NCBI GenBank assembly: GCA_963703315.1
Contig: OY969811.1
Coordinates: 3,840,001-3,904,000, forward strand
Reading direction: 5' to 3'
Length of the DNA stretch: 64,000 bases
Source of the DNA: an uncultured cyanobacterium
GTDB taxonomy: Bacteria > Cyanobacteriota > Cyanobacteriia > Pseudanabaenales > Pseudanabaenaceae
A program made the position numbers and the translations under genes. The notes below the pieces were generated by a model that was not told the DNA's origin, did no database searches, and saw only the letters and a program-made list of their open reading frames with translations. How positions within the stretch are numbered: the stretch's first letter is position 1; the number at the start of each line of letters is the position of its first letter. Below, piece after piece: positions 10,421 to 20,109 of this stretch.

Positions 10421-11263
10421 ATGGAATACTGGCAAGCTTTCGTTTTGGGCATTGTTCAAGGGTTAACTGAGTTTTTGCCGATTAGTAGTTCAGCACATCT
10501 TAAGGTTATCCCCGCAATTTTTCGATGGAATGATGCTGGTGTGTCCTTTGATGCGGTAATTCAGCTTGGGAGTATTGTCGCGGTAGTTAGCTATTTTTGG
10601 AAAGATCTCAGTAATATCACGCTTGGGAGTATTGAAGCTGTACGCAAAAAACAATACAAAACACAGGAGTTTAAGCTCGCTGTCGCGATCGCCTTAGGCA
10701 CAATTCCAATTTTGTTTGGCGGCTTACTGATTAAAATTCTTGTCCCTGACTATGACAAGTCACCGTTGCGAAGTTTGACGGCGATCGCGATCGCCTCAAT
10801 AGTGATGTCAAGTTTATTAGCCTTAGCAGAAATATTTGGACAACGCGGTAAAACTGAAGAAAAGCGTCATTTTCAAAGAGTAAGAGTCATTGATGGAATT
10901 TTAATGGGCTTAGCGCAGGCTATGGCAATTATTCCAGGAGTTTCCCGATCTGGCTCGACTTTAACCGCAGGTTTATTTCTTGGTTTAGATCGGGTTGCCG
11001 CAACGCGATTTTCATTTTTATTAGGCATTCCTGCAATTACGATCGCAGGTTTAGTCGAATTCGTGAGCATTATCAAAAAAGGTTTTGATGTTGGTGCAGG
11101 ACAGTTAGCGATCGGGCTATTCTCATCGGTAATTTTTTCGTACTTAGCGATCGCATGGCTACTGAAATTCTTCCAAACCCATACAACTTGGGTATTCGTT
11201 GGCTATCGCCTTGTTTTTGGCGCTCTACTCCTAACGGGATTAAGTTTGGGCTGGCTAAAATAA
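10421..11263 (+). CDS. uppP: undecaprenyl-diphosphate phosphatase
   Basis: LGIVQGLTEFLPISSSAH, PGVSRSGST. Confidence 0.96.
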   Translation: MEYWQAFVLGIVQGLTEFLPISSSAHLKVIPAIFRWNDAGVSFDAVIQLGSIVAVVSYFWKDLSNITLGSIEAVRKKQYKTQEFKLAVAIALGTIPILFGGLLIKILVPDYDKSPLRSLTAIAIASIVMSSLLALAEIFGQRGKTEEKRHFQRVRVIDGILMGLAQAMAIIPGVSRSGSTLTAGLFLGLDRVAATRFSFLLGIPAITIAGLVEFVSIIKKGFDVGAGQLAIGLFSSVIFSYLAIAWLLKFFQTHTTWVFVGYRLVFGALLLTGLSLGWLK

Positions 11264-11442
11264 GAGACTGCTTTCCAATCCCCTATTTCTCAAATAAATT
11301 TTTGCTCTAGCAAAAATTTATTTGTTTATTTCATGTATAGTTATAGATCGCACGATCTTTCATGCTCGGATCGGGTTGTTTGTAAAATTGGTAAGCTTCA
11401 CTTATCAATACCTGTACGGCATCTACTGAATATTTAAACACC

Positions 11443-11772
11443 ATGAGTTACGCAATCATTGAAACAGGCGGTAAGCAATACCGCGTCGAAGTCGGCAGAT
11501 TTTATGACGTTGAGTTACTAGAAGCCGAAGAAGACAGTAAGTTGACCATTGATAAAGTTTTGTTTGTCAATATGGATGGCGATATTTCCATTGGTCAGCC
11601 CATCGTTGATAGCGCTAGCGTAGAAGTTACCGTAATGCGCCATCACAAGGCGAAAAAAGTAATCGTTTACAAAATGCGTCCTAAGAAGAAAACTCGCAGA
11701 AAGAACGGTCACCGTCAGCCCTTGACTCGGATTATGGTTGAAGCAATCAACCTAAGTGGTAAGGCTGCTTAA
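11443..11772 (+). CDS. rplU: 50S ribosomal protein L21
   Basis: YAIIETGGKQYRV, GHRQPLTR. Confidence 0.98.
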   Translation: MSYAIIETGGKQYRVEVGRFYDVELLEAEEDSKLTIDKVLFVNMDGDISIGQPIVDSASVEVTVMRHHKAKKVIVYKMRPKKKTRRKNGHRQPLTRIMVEAINLSGKAA

Positions 11773-11804
11773 TCACAAATAAACGGAGCTAAGCTCCATT
11801 TATT

Positions 11805-11891
11805 TATAGCTCTTTTCAAGGTACAGAGAATTATTTCCCCGCCGTTGGCGGGGAAATAATTCTCTACTTCACTAGACTGTGAAATGCTATA
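11805..11891. mobile_element. MITE-like element family B
   Basis: TATAGC...GCTATA ends, internal hairpin TTTCCCCGCC-GTT-GGCGGGGAAA; shares TACTTCACTAGACTG (inverted) with 15347-15441. Confidence 0.6.
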
Positions 11892-11926
11892 TGCATCTTT
11901 ATAATTATTAAGAGGATACAAAACAA

Positions 11927-12214
11927 ATGGCACATAAGAAGGGTACAGGTAGTACAAGAAACGGTCGTGATTCTAATGCTAAACGCCTCGGTGTAAAGCG
12001 TTACGGTGGTCAAGTCGTTACGGCTGGCAGCATTCTTGTTCGTCAACGTGGGACTAAGTTTCACCCAGGCAATAATGTCGGTCGTGGTAGCGATGACACA
12101 TTATATGCAACCGTTGATGGCGTTGTTACCTTTGAGCGTTTTGGCAAAACCCGTAAGAAAATTAGCGTTTACGCTCCTGTAGATGCAGCAGCAGTAGCAG
12201 CAGTAGTTGCTTAA
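11927..12214 (+). CDS. rpmA: 50S ribosomal protein L27
   Basis: [24 protein letters not shown]. Confidence 0.98.
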   Translation: MAHKKGTGSTRNGRDSNAKRLGVKRYGGQVVTAGSILVRQRGTKFHPGNNVGRGSDDTLYATVDGVVTFERFGKTRKKISVYAPVDAAAVAAVVA

Positions 12215-12274
12215 AAAAAAGAAATCATTTATTTGAAATGGCATCGCCATTTCAAATAAATGATTTCTTTTTTT
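12214..12274. terminator. bidirectional intrinsic terminator-like hairpin between rpmA and the convergent regulator
   Basis: AAAAAAAGAAATCATTTATTTGAAATGGC-ATC-GCCATTTCAAATAAATGATTTCTTTTTT. Confidence 0.7.
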
Positions 12275-12299
12275 GTGGAGGTTGTGCTGAGCATAGCCT

Positions 12300-12719
12300 C
12301 TATTTTTGTATCTTCAGTGATTTGTATTTCTGCAAAATAGTTCTGAGTTTATCGATTTGGATAGGCTTACTAATGTAATCACTCATGCCCGCATCGCTAC
12401 ACCTATGTTGATCATCAGCAGTAGCATTTGCTGTCATCGCCACGATCGCAAGCTGTGGTCGTTGTAATGCTAATTCCTGCTGACGAATATATTGGGTTGC
12501 CTCTAATCCATCCATCTCAGGCATTTGAATATCCATCAAGATCAAATCATAGGACTTATCCGCGATCGCCTGAATCACTTCTAAGCCATTGTTAACCACA
12601 TCGGCTTTGTAGCCCAAGTGACCAAGGACACGGATAGCGACCTTTTGATTGACAGGATTATCTTCAGCTAACAGTATCTGTAAGGATGAAGAAGGATCTG
12701 ATATGCCTGAAGTATCCAT
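12300..12719 (-). CDS. single-domain response regulator (CheY-like)
   Basis: ILLAEDNPVNQ, LILMDIQMP, YISKPI. Confidence 0.9.
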   Translation of the reverse strand: MDTSGISDPSSSLQILLAEDNPVNQKVAIRVLGHLGYKADVVNNGLEVIQAIADKSYDLILMDIQMPEMDGLEATQYIRQQELALQRPQLAIVAMTANATADDQHRCSDAGMSDYISKPIQIDKLRTILQKYKSLKIQK

Positions 12720-12791
12720 AACTGCATGGTATTAATAAATGCGATAGATACGATTGTTGCTCAGCTTTTGGCGGGGCAACAATCATGTTCT

Positions 12792-13082
12792 TTAGCTGAT
12801 AATTTGGGGTACACGGAAGAAATCTTCTTCACGATCAGGCGCACAGTTAAGCAAAACTTCGCGATCGCCAAAGGGTTGCAGAATATCAGGACGAGTAATA
12901 TTGACGGTGTTAACGGCTCTAGTTGTGGGTTCGACTCCCTCTAGTAAAGGATCGAGTTCATTTAGCTGTTGGAAATAGTCCAAAATACTATCTAGTTGCT
13001 TGGTAAAGGCAATTTCTTCAGCTTCGGTTAGTTGTAATCTACCAAGATGGGCAACGTGACGGACTTGTTCTCTATCAATCAT
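12792..13082 (-). CDS. gatC: Asp/Glu-tRNA amidotransferase subunit C
   Basis: IDREQVRHVAHLGRL...FFRVPQI. Confidence 0.95.
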   Translation of the reverse strand: MIDREQVRHVAHLGRLQLTEAEEIAFTKQLDSILDYFQQLNELDPLLEGVEPTTRAVNTVNITRPDILQPFGDREVLLNCAPDREEDFFRVPQIIS

Positions 13083-13122
13083 AATTATATAAATCGGGAT
13101 AAACTTAAGCTTTAACTAGCTT

Positions 13123-13635
13123 CTAGAAGAAGATGTTCAGATCGGCTCTGCCTGTGGTTTTTAACCAGTTTTGCGCTTCGATATAGTTGTTCGGTGCAAG
13201 ACGAATTGCTCTAACCCAATGCTCGGCGGCGGTATTGAAAAAGTCTTCAGCCTGCTCTTCATCTTGAGCATTTTCGCCTTTGTGGTGATAAATCACAGCA
13301 ACATTATTCAGGGCTTGGGGCATTCGGGGGTTGAGATCGATCGCCTGCTCATAAAGTTCTAATGCTTTGTCATGATCGCCATTGCTAGCATGAATCAAAC
13401 CCATGTTGTAATAAATGTAGCTGCGATCGTAGGAATTTTCCTCAAGTTTGAGGGCTTCTTCGTAGTTACTTAATGCTTCTGCATATTCGCCATCACCTTG
13501 GGCAGACATACCATCACGGTAGTAGGCAAATGCTTCTTTTTCTTTCTGACTCGCAGGGAAAAGTTTTAAAATCGTGTCAGCAATAACGGTAAAAGTTTGA
13601 TCAACGAAGTTGTCATTACGTTGCGATCTAGCCAT
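13123..13635 (-). CDS. ycf3: photosystem I assembly protein Ycf3
   Basis: [12 protein letters not shown]...YYRDGMSAQ...[10 protein letters not shown]. Confidence 0.97.
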   Translation of the reverse strand: MARSQRNDNFVDQTFTVIADTILKLFPASQKEKEAFAYYRDGMSAQGDGEYAEALSNYEEALKLEENSYDRSYIYYNMGLIHASNGDHDKALELYEQAIDLNPRMPQALNNVAVIYHHKGENAQDEEQAEDFFNTAAEHWVRAIRLAPNNYIEAQNWLKTTGRADLNIFF

Positions 13636-13687
13636 AGTTCTTTGTAAATTTTGCAGTCAGTTGCTAACCAGCATACCAAATAAAGAT

Positions 13688-13715
13688 GTAGGGGGAATTC
13701 ATGAATTCCCCCTAC
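13688..13715. repeat. GTAG-type REP palindrome
   Basis: GTAGGGGGAATTCATGAATTCCCCCTAC; related copy at 41645-41672. Confidence 0.75.
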
Positions 13716-13789
13716 ATCTTTAAACTGAGGCTAAAAAAGAGTGGCGGCGCTTCGCGCCGCCACTCTTTTTTAGCGCTATGGCGAGATGC

Positions 13790-14572
13790 TTAGCTAGAAG
13801 CACTTGTGTAAAATCTGAGGGCAAATTGCCAAAATTTATTTGAAGCATAAAGTAAGGCGATCGCTAGACAACCTGAACCCATGAGCCAGATCAGTTCGCC
13901 ACGCCCTAATAGCGCTTCCGCAGGAACCGTTGTTAAAAAGGCGATCGGCACAACAAAGGTAAAAAAGAAACGATAAGAAGTAGGATAAGCTGCCATCGGA
14001 TATCTGCCAGCTTCCATTAACCCTCTGAGTACTTCCGTAACGTTATAAATTTTTACAAACCAAATACTAGTTGCCCCTAGCATGAACCAAATACTGTAGA
14101 GACTGATGCAGCCAAAAGTTAGGGGAACTAAACTTGCTAGATAATTATTCAAACCTAACCCCAATTTACTACCTGCATATAGCAAGATGCCGCAACCAAA
14201 AATTAGGTTAGGAAACCCCCAAGGTGAAATTACCCTGACAGAGAGCCAAAACTGACTACTGATGGGTTTTAAAAGTACAAAATCTAATGTGCCATTCTGG
14301 ACGTGCTGCACAATTTTGCTGAGATTGGGAGAGAGAAATGTACTTGAAAATCCTTCTAGGATTGTAAATATACCGAGGACAATCATCGCCTCTTCCCAGC
14401 GCCATCCCGCAAAGGTATAACCAGTGCGGTAAAACAGAAACAAACCAAATAAACTCCCTAATAAGTTGCCAATGCTACTCAGGGCAGCGATCGCAAAATT
14501 AATTCGATATTCTAGTTCCGCAGCGATCGCCGTTGACCAGAAAAGCCTTAATACCTGTAGATATTTACTCAT
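13790..14572 (-). CDS. ABC-2 family transporter permease (DUF990-like)
   Basis: LEYRINF, VQNGTLDFVLLKP, YTSASS C-terminus; multiple TM helices. Confidence 0.85.
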   Translation of the reverse strand: MSKYLQVLRLFWSTAIAAELEYRINFAIAALSSIGNLLGSLFGLFLFYRTGYTFAGWRWEEAMIVLGIFTILEGFSSTFLSPNLSKIVQHVQNGTLDFVLLKPISSQFWLSVRVISPWGFPNLIFGCGILLYAGSKLGLGLNNYLASLVPLTFGCISLYSIWFMLGATSIWFVKIYNVTEVLRGLMEAGRYPMAAYPTSYRFFFTFVVPIAFLTTVPAEALLGRGELIWLMGSGCLAIALLYASNKFWQFALRFYTSASS

Positions 14573-14661
14573 ATTGGTTTTGCATCACAAACTTAAAGCA
14601 TGGCTAAGTCATGCTTTAAGTTTGGCAATTAATTGGCAATGAATTACCAATTAATTTGGAC

Positions 14662-14946
14662 TTAGGCGTAACCACGACCTCTGGGGCGATCGTTAGTACG
14701 TTCGCCACGAGGTTTAGCCTTATTAACGCGCAGGGTACGTCCCAGCCACTCAGCCTCGTTTAGCGCTGCGATCGCCGCTTCTTCTTGAGCATCATCCTCC
14801 ATATCAACGAAGGCGAAACCCCGAACCCGACCAGTTTCTTGGTCAGTGGGCAATTGCACACGTTTTACAGTGCCGTAGTCTGAAAAGACGCTTGTCAAAT
14901 CGTCCTTTGCAGCTTGATAAGACAAATTTCCAACGTAAATAGTCAC
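14662..14946 (-). CDS. rbp: RRM-type RNA-binding protein (Rbp family)
   Basis: RNP2 IYVGNL, RNP1 RGFAFVDM. Confidence 0.93.
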   Translation of the reverse strand: MTIYVGNLSYQAAKDDLTSVFSDYGTVKRVQLPTDQETGRVRGFAFVDMEDDAQEEAAIAALNEAEWLGRTLRVNKAKPRGERTNDRPRGRGYA

Positions 14947-15055
14947 AGTCAGTTCGCTCCAGAAAAGAGATCGATATAATAATTTAGCCAGTCTTCGGAA
15001 AAGACTCGCTCGATACGAGATCTCACAAATCCAACCTAAATTTCAGCTTTGGTAT

Positions 15056-15097
15056 AGTTTACCGTCTACCAGCAGCAATTTGCGTAGGCTGTATTAC
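15056..15097 (-). promoter_or_regulatory. putative NtcA-activated promoter of rbp
   Basis: Minus strand GTA-ATACAGCC-TAC, 22 nt spacer, TAAACT (TAN3T). Confidence 0.5.
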
Positions 15098-15257
15098 AAA
15101 GCTTTGTATAAATGGTAAATAGATTACAAATCCGTAAAAAAAACCGTAAACCCCTTGCCATAAGAGGTGTTTTGGGGTGTTAGCGATCGCCTATCAACGA
15201 AGCTATCAAAATTTAATTTAAAATTTCAGCCTAAAGATATAGGTTAAATTACTTAGA

Positions 15258-15441
15258 TAAGTAGCTGGGCGCAATTAAATATAAAACCCCAAAACCTGTG
15301 GCGCACGCTGCGCGTGCGCCACAGGTTTTGGATCTGGTTTTTTACTTATAGCGCTTTTCAGTCTAGTGAAGTACGGGTTTGTTTCCCCGCCTTCGGCGGG
15401 GAAACAAACCTATGTACCTCGCTTGCTTGAAAAGCGCTATA
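15258..15441. mobile_element. adjacent MITEs: truncated family A (15258-~15341) and family B (15347-15441)
   Basis: TAAGTAGCTGGGCGCAATTAAA end plus the same hairpin as 10269; then TIR TATAGCGCTTTTCA...TGAAAAGCGCTATA. Confidence 0.7.
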
Positions 15442-15624
15442 TTCCAAACCTGAAAACAAGTAGCAGTGCTAAGCGATGCTACTCGTTTTCGGGTTTGCAT
15501 ATTATTGCTTCGGTGTCGTGGGTTATGATGACAGATGTTTCAAAATTTTCTCTATTGAATTGATATTTAGCTCAAAGTAACGCAGTCATCGCGATACAAA
15601 AAGCAATTAAAAAGCTATAAAAAT

Positions 15625-17124
15625 ATGGGTAAACAAAGCCGCCTGCTTGCCTTCGTATTGGCAATCTTATTAGGGGCTGTGTATCTCATCGTTAGTAATC
15701 CACCTAAACTAGGTTTGGATCTTCGAGGTGGTGCACAGCTTACACTCCAAGCAAAAATTAATCCCGAACAAGGGATTAATGAAATTACGCCGCGCATCAT
15801 GGAAACTGCTAAGTTTGTCGTGGAACAGCGTATTAACGGTTTGGGAGTTTCCGAAGCCACAATTTTGCTATCAGGTAACAATCAACTGATTGTGCAGTTA
15901 CCGGGGGTAAATGACCCTGCTCAAGCTGAACGAGTACTTGGTACAACGGCTCAGCTTGATTTTCGGAAGCAAAAGAAAGGGACGGAAAGTGAGCTAAGGG
16001 CAAGATTGCAAATTTTACAGGCGGCGACAGTTCAACGCGAGATTCTCAAAAGCTCTAGCGATCAAAAGGCGATCGCCGATAACGAAGCCGAGTATAAAAA
16101 GAGTGTCGAAGCTCTCAAAGGAATTTTTGAGCGCACAGGCTTAACAGGCAATATGCTCAAAGATGCCGTTGCCTCACCCACAGGCAATGGTCCTGATTCT
16201 TGGCAAGTGGCTCTCACCTTTGATGATAAAGGCGGTGATCTCTTTGCGAAAACCACTGGTGAAATCGGTGGTACTGGTCGTGTTTTAGGAATTTTCTTAG
16301 ATGACAAATTAATTAGCTCACCATCGGTTGGTCCTGAATTTCAAGGTAAAGGTATTTCAGGTGGTCGAGCCGTGATTACAGGCAACTTTACGCTAGATTC
16401 AGCAACTGAATTAGCATTGCAGTTACGAGCTGGTGCTTTGCCCGTCCCCGTCGAAATCGTGGAAAACCGTACTGTGGGCGCAACCCTTGGAGCGGATAGC
16501 ATCCTTAGCAGTATCTATGCTGGTGTAGCGGGACTGACACTAGTTTTGATTTTCATGGTGCTTTATTACCGTATTTTGGGCGTAGTTGCTGATGTGGCGC
16601 TAATTACCTATGCAGTAATTACCTATGCTCTGTTTAGCTTACTGGGCGTGGTGTTGACTTTACCGGGTATTGCAGGTTTTATCCTTAGTATTGGCATGGC
16701 AGTTGATGCAAACGTCTTAATTTTTGAACGTACTAGAGAAGAATTAAAAGCGGGACGAACCCTTTACAAATCCGTTGAGGCAGGTTTCTATCGGGCATGG
16801 TCAAGCATTCTGGATAGTAACGTCACCACCCTAATTGCTTGTTTGACTCTGTTCTGGCTAGGTTCAGGATTTGTGAAGGGCTTTGCCGTCACTCTGGGTG
16901 TGGGTGTAATCACCAGTATGTTTACTGCCATTACCTTAAGCCGATCGCTGATGCTTGCCATGATTAGCAATCCTAATTTCCGTAAGCCTGAATACTATGG
17001 CATGAAGGCTTTTGGCAAAATCTCGACAGTAACGGCTGATATTGAGGCTGAGGCGGAAGAAGTTAAGGACGATCAAGACAAGACAGACAATACAAAAGAC
17101 AATACAAGCGGTGCGGTTCTATGA
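15625..17124 (+). CDS. secD: protein translocase subunit SecD
   Basis: LGLDLRGG, LRAGALP, GMAVDANVLIFER. Confidence 0.97.
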   Translation: MGKQSRLLAFVLAILLGAVYLIVSNPPKLGLDLRGGAQLTLQAKINPEQGINEITPRIMETAKFVVEQRINGLGVSEATILLSGNNQLIVQLPGVNDPAQAERVLGTTAQLDFRKQKKGTESELRARLQILQAATVQREILKSSSDQKAIADNEAEYKKSVEALKGIFERTGLTGNMLKDAVASPTGNGPDSWQVALTFDDKGGDLFAKTTGEIGGTGRVLGIFLDDKLISSPSVGPEFQGKGISGGRAVITGNFTLDSATELALQLRAGALPVPVEIVENRTVGATLGADSILSSIYAGVAGLTLVLIFMVLYYRILGVVADVALITYAVITYALFSLLGVVLTLPGIAGFILSIGMAVDANVLIFERTREELKAGRTLYKSVEAGFYRAWSSILDSNVTTLIACLTLFWLGSGFVKGFAVTLGVGVITSMFTAITLSRSLMLAMISNPNFRKPEYYGMKAFGKISTVTADIEAEAEEVKDDQDKTDNTKDNTSGAVL

Positions 17125-18083
17125 GATTAGATGTAATCAAAAATGCGCGTCTTTACCTCACGATTTCGGCAGCCGTGATTGTGGCGGGAATCGTGGCGAT
17201 GGTGTTGTCCTTTCAACAGTTAGGCTCACCGTTACGCTTAGGAATTGACTTTACAGGTGGCTCTAGTGTGACTTTGGGCTTGGCTTGTAACGGTGATACT
17301 TGTGGGAAACCGATTGATATTGCTGTAGTGCGTCAGGCTGTGGAGAGCAAAGGCTTTGCGAATAGTGTCATTCAATTAGTTGAAGGAAAAGATCTGAAAG
17401 GGGTATCAGTCAGAACGGCTCACCTTTCCACTGAGGAGCGTGAAAAATTGAAGGTAACGCTCACAGATTCTTTGAAGCAATATGGCGAAGTCGATCCTAA
17501 AAAATCACAACTTGATGAAGTTGGTGCAGCGATCGGTCAACAAGCGCTTCGCAATGGTTTATTGGCAATTCTGTTGTCCTTTGCAGGTATTGGCATTTAT
17601 TTAGCATTTCGCTTTCAGTTGGACTATGCATCCTTTGCGGTGTTGGCACTATTTCACGATATTTTTATAACTGTGGGAGCTTTCTCTATCTTGGGTTTAA
17701 CCTTGGGTGTAGAAATTGATAGTTTATTTATTGTGGCGATGTTGACTATCTGTGGCTTCTCTGTTAATGACACCGTAGTAATTTACGATCGCATTCGCGA
17801 GAATGTAAAACTTGACGGCGGTAATACTAGTTTTAATGAACTCGTCAATGCTTCGGTAAATCAGACCTTAGGGCGATCAATTAATACTTCGCTCACAGCG
17901 ACCTTGCCACTAGTAGCAATTTTCTTGTTTGGTGGTGCAACTCTCAGATTTTTCTCACTGGCTCTGATTATCGGTTTCTTATCTGGTGCTTATTCCAGTA
18001 TCTTTAATGCCAGTATCTTGCTAGCTTGGTGGCGTAGTCGGCAAACTTCATCACTAAGTCAACCACCCCTTGAGGCAAACTAA
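17121..18083 (+). CDS. secF: protein translocase subunit SecF
   Basis: LGIDFTGG, SVNDTVVIYDRIRE; ATGA overlap with secD. Confidence 0.97.
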   Translation: MRLDVIKNARLYLTISAAVIVAGIVAMVLSFQQLGSPLRLGIDFTGGSSVTLGLACNGDTCGKPIDIAVVRQAVESKGFANSVIQLVEGKDLKGVSVRTAHLSTEEREKLKVTLTDSLKQYGEVDPKKSQLDEVGAAIGQQALRNGLLAILLSFAGIGIYLAFRFQLDYASFAVLALFHDIFITVGAFSILGLTLGVEIDSLFIVAMLTICGFSVNDTVVIYDRIRENVKLDGGNTSFNELVNASVNQTLGRSINTSLTATLPLVAIFLFGGATLRFFSLALIIGFLSGAYSSIFNASILLAWWRSRQTSSLSQPPLEAN

Positions 18084-18113
18084 TTTATCGCAAAACTCCC
18101 TCTTGGGAGTTTT

Positions 18114-18365
18114 TTGTGGTCGCTGTTTGAGGTAGTTAGTCCAGACTATCGCCATGTCGATCGCCAAGAAAAATGGAACGAGTATCAAGGTATTGGTGTA
18201 TTTGAGTATTGGATTGTGGATGCTGGGCTGGGAATAATTTCGGTTCTCTCTATGGTGCAGGGAACTTATCAAGAAGTTGTTTTTCATGGAGGAGAACAAA
18301 TTATTTCGCCTACATTTGTGGATATTCAGCTTACAGTTGATGATATTTTAAATGCTGATATATGA
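18114..18365 (+). pseudogene. Uma2 (DUF820) endonuclease C-terminal fragment
   Basis: EVVSPDYRHVDRQEKWNEY..GVFEYWIVD; N-terminal half absent. Confidence 0.7.
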
Positions 18366-18796
18366 ATTCTGATAATAGTGATTCTCTCCCAAATTCCCTT
18401 AGTGATAGCGATGAGTCATTGCCCGATCTTTTGCTTGATCGACAAGTTCAAAGATTAATCGAAGTGCAAACCTATTTGCGATGGATATTTGATGGATTTT
18501 TATGGCTAACGGTGGGAACGGCGAGTATCTGGGCTTTGCGCTCGGAGATTGAACTATGGATGGCATCATTTACATGGGCAGCAGTACGCATGACTTTGGC
18601 TTATAATCGTTTGCCAATGTTGGGAATAGGATTATGCGTTGCGATGACTTTAGCGACGTTAGTTTGGCAGAGTTCGCTAATTTTGTGGGGAGTTAATCAA
18701 AGAGAACGGCGATCGCTGATTGATCAAGTAAAAAAGATTAGGGAAAAGGGGAAAAATCATCCTCTATGGCGATGGGTATGTGAAGAGAAGTTGTAA
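18362..18796 (+). CDS. conserved hypothetical membrane protein
   Basis: Two TM helices; C-terminal KGKNHPLWRWV. Confidence 0.75.
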   Translation: MNSDNSDSLPNSLSDSDESLPDLLLDRQVQRLIEVQTYLRWIFDGFLWLTVGTASIWALRSEIELWMASFTWAAVRMTLAYNRLPMLGIGLCVAMTLATLVWQSSLILWGVNQRERRSLIDQVKKIREKGKNHPLWRWVCEEKL

Positions 18797-18884
18797 TTTT
18801 GTAAGCTTGCCCTTATTTGTGTGAGTGCTGGGAGTTAATAATTCTATAATCTTTGCAGTTGATCTAAATCTACCGATTGTAATC

Positions 18885-19307
18885 ATGGCTTCATCTCGTT
18901 CAGCACTCCTATCATCCCTACTTTTAGAATTAATTGAAATTTTGCGCGATCGACAAGGGGATACATGGACAGCGATCGTCCGTGCGGCTTCGGGCAAATC
19001 GGCAACGATCGCCATTGATGATACGCGCTTATACCTACAAGCAGAGGGTGGTCAAGACTTACAGATTAAAATCACTGAGGCTGATCCTGATGCAAATAAT
19101 TCCTTTGAGAGTACAGGTACAACTTTGTGTGATGTCATGTTTGGCAGATCTTCTCTCGATAAGTCTGTCGCCTCTGGCAAAATATTCATCCGTGCGAGTT
19201 TTGGCGATCTACTAAAAATCCGTGCTGTCGTTGCTTCAGTTTTAGAAGAAACCCAAATTGAGCCAAGATTGTTATATCTTTGGACAAAGTTTGAACAAGA
19301 ATGGTAA
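18885..19307 (+). CDS. hypothetical protein, possible SCP2-like fold
   Basis: ORF; LDKSVASGKIFIRASFGDLL resembles the SCP2 C-terminal motif; start uncertain. Confidence 0.5.
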   Translation: MASSRSALLSSLLLELIEILRDRQGDTWTAIVRAASGKSATIAIDDTRLYLQAEGGQDLQIKITEADPDANNSFESTGTTLCDVMFGRSSLDKSVASGKIFIRASFGDLLKIRAVVASVLEETQIEPRLLYLWTKFEQEW

Positions 19308-19310
19308 ATT

Positions 19311-20045
19311 CTAAGAAATCTTACTCAAAATGGAAAGTGTGCCAAAAGCAATGAGAATCAGTCCACTTACCCAGTTGAGCCAGCTTGACCAACGACGTAA
19401 TGCTAAAAACTGCTTAATAATGCCAGTAAAAGTACCAGCGATCGCTAAAGGGAGTACTGAACCGATCGCATAGGCTAGCAAAAATTCTGTACCAACTAGC
19501 AGATTTCCTGAACCTGAAACCCAAGCTAAAAGTGTTACCAAGACTGGGGTACTGCAAGGCGAAGCCACAAATCCAAAGGATAAACCGATCAACAGTGATC
19601 GCCAGCCCTGTGGTAAATTTTGCGATACTTCCCAATTCCCAAAGCTAGGCAAACGTAAAGAAATTACTTCCAATAGTTGCAATCCCATTGCGATCGCGAT
19701 CACTCCCATCACTACTGACCAGCCCCAAGCCGTCTGTCCATAGATCTTGCCGAGTAGCGCTGCTGTTAGTCCAAAGCCTGTGAGGGCGATCGCAAAACCT
19801 AAACAAAACCAAGCTGATTGCAAAGCAGCTTTCCAAGTACTTTTGGACTCATAGCCGCCAATATAGCCAATGGTGAGCGGTAACATCGATAGTGTACAAG
19901 GGGTAAGGCTGGTGACTAGTCCCGCCAAAAACACCACGCCTACACTCATCCATGAGGCATGATCTAGTTGGCTATAGACCAAGGCATTTGCCCATTGTTC
20001 GAGATGGTAAAACCAGTTGGGCAGCGATCGCGCTAAAGATTCCAT
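19311..20045 (-). CDS. ccdA: cytochrome c biogenesis protein CcdA
   Basis: AGLVTSLTPCTLSMLP and ASPCSTPVL motifs. Confidence 0.93.
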   Translation of the reverse strand: MESLARSLPNWFYHLEQWANALVYSQLDHASWMSVGVVFLAGLVTSLTPCTLSMLPLTIGYIGGYESKSTWKAALQSAWFCLGFAIALTGFGLTAALLGKIYGQTAWGWSVVMGVIAIAMGLQLLEVISLRLPSFGNWEVSQNLPQGWRSLLIGLSFGFVASPCSTPVLVTLLAWVSGSGNLLVGTEFLLAYAIGSVLPLAIAGTFTGIIKQFLALRRWSSWLNWVSGLILIAFGTLSILSKIS

Positions 20046-20109
20046 TTATTGAGGATGTACAGAATTAAATTTAGGAACTAAAAGAACTTAAGAGGATAAA
20101 AATGTGAAA

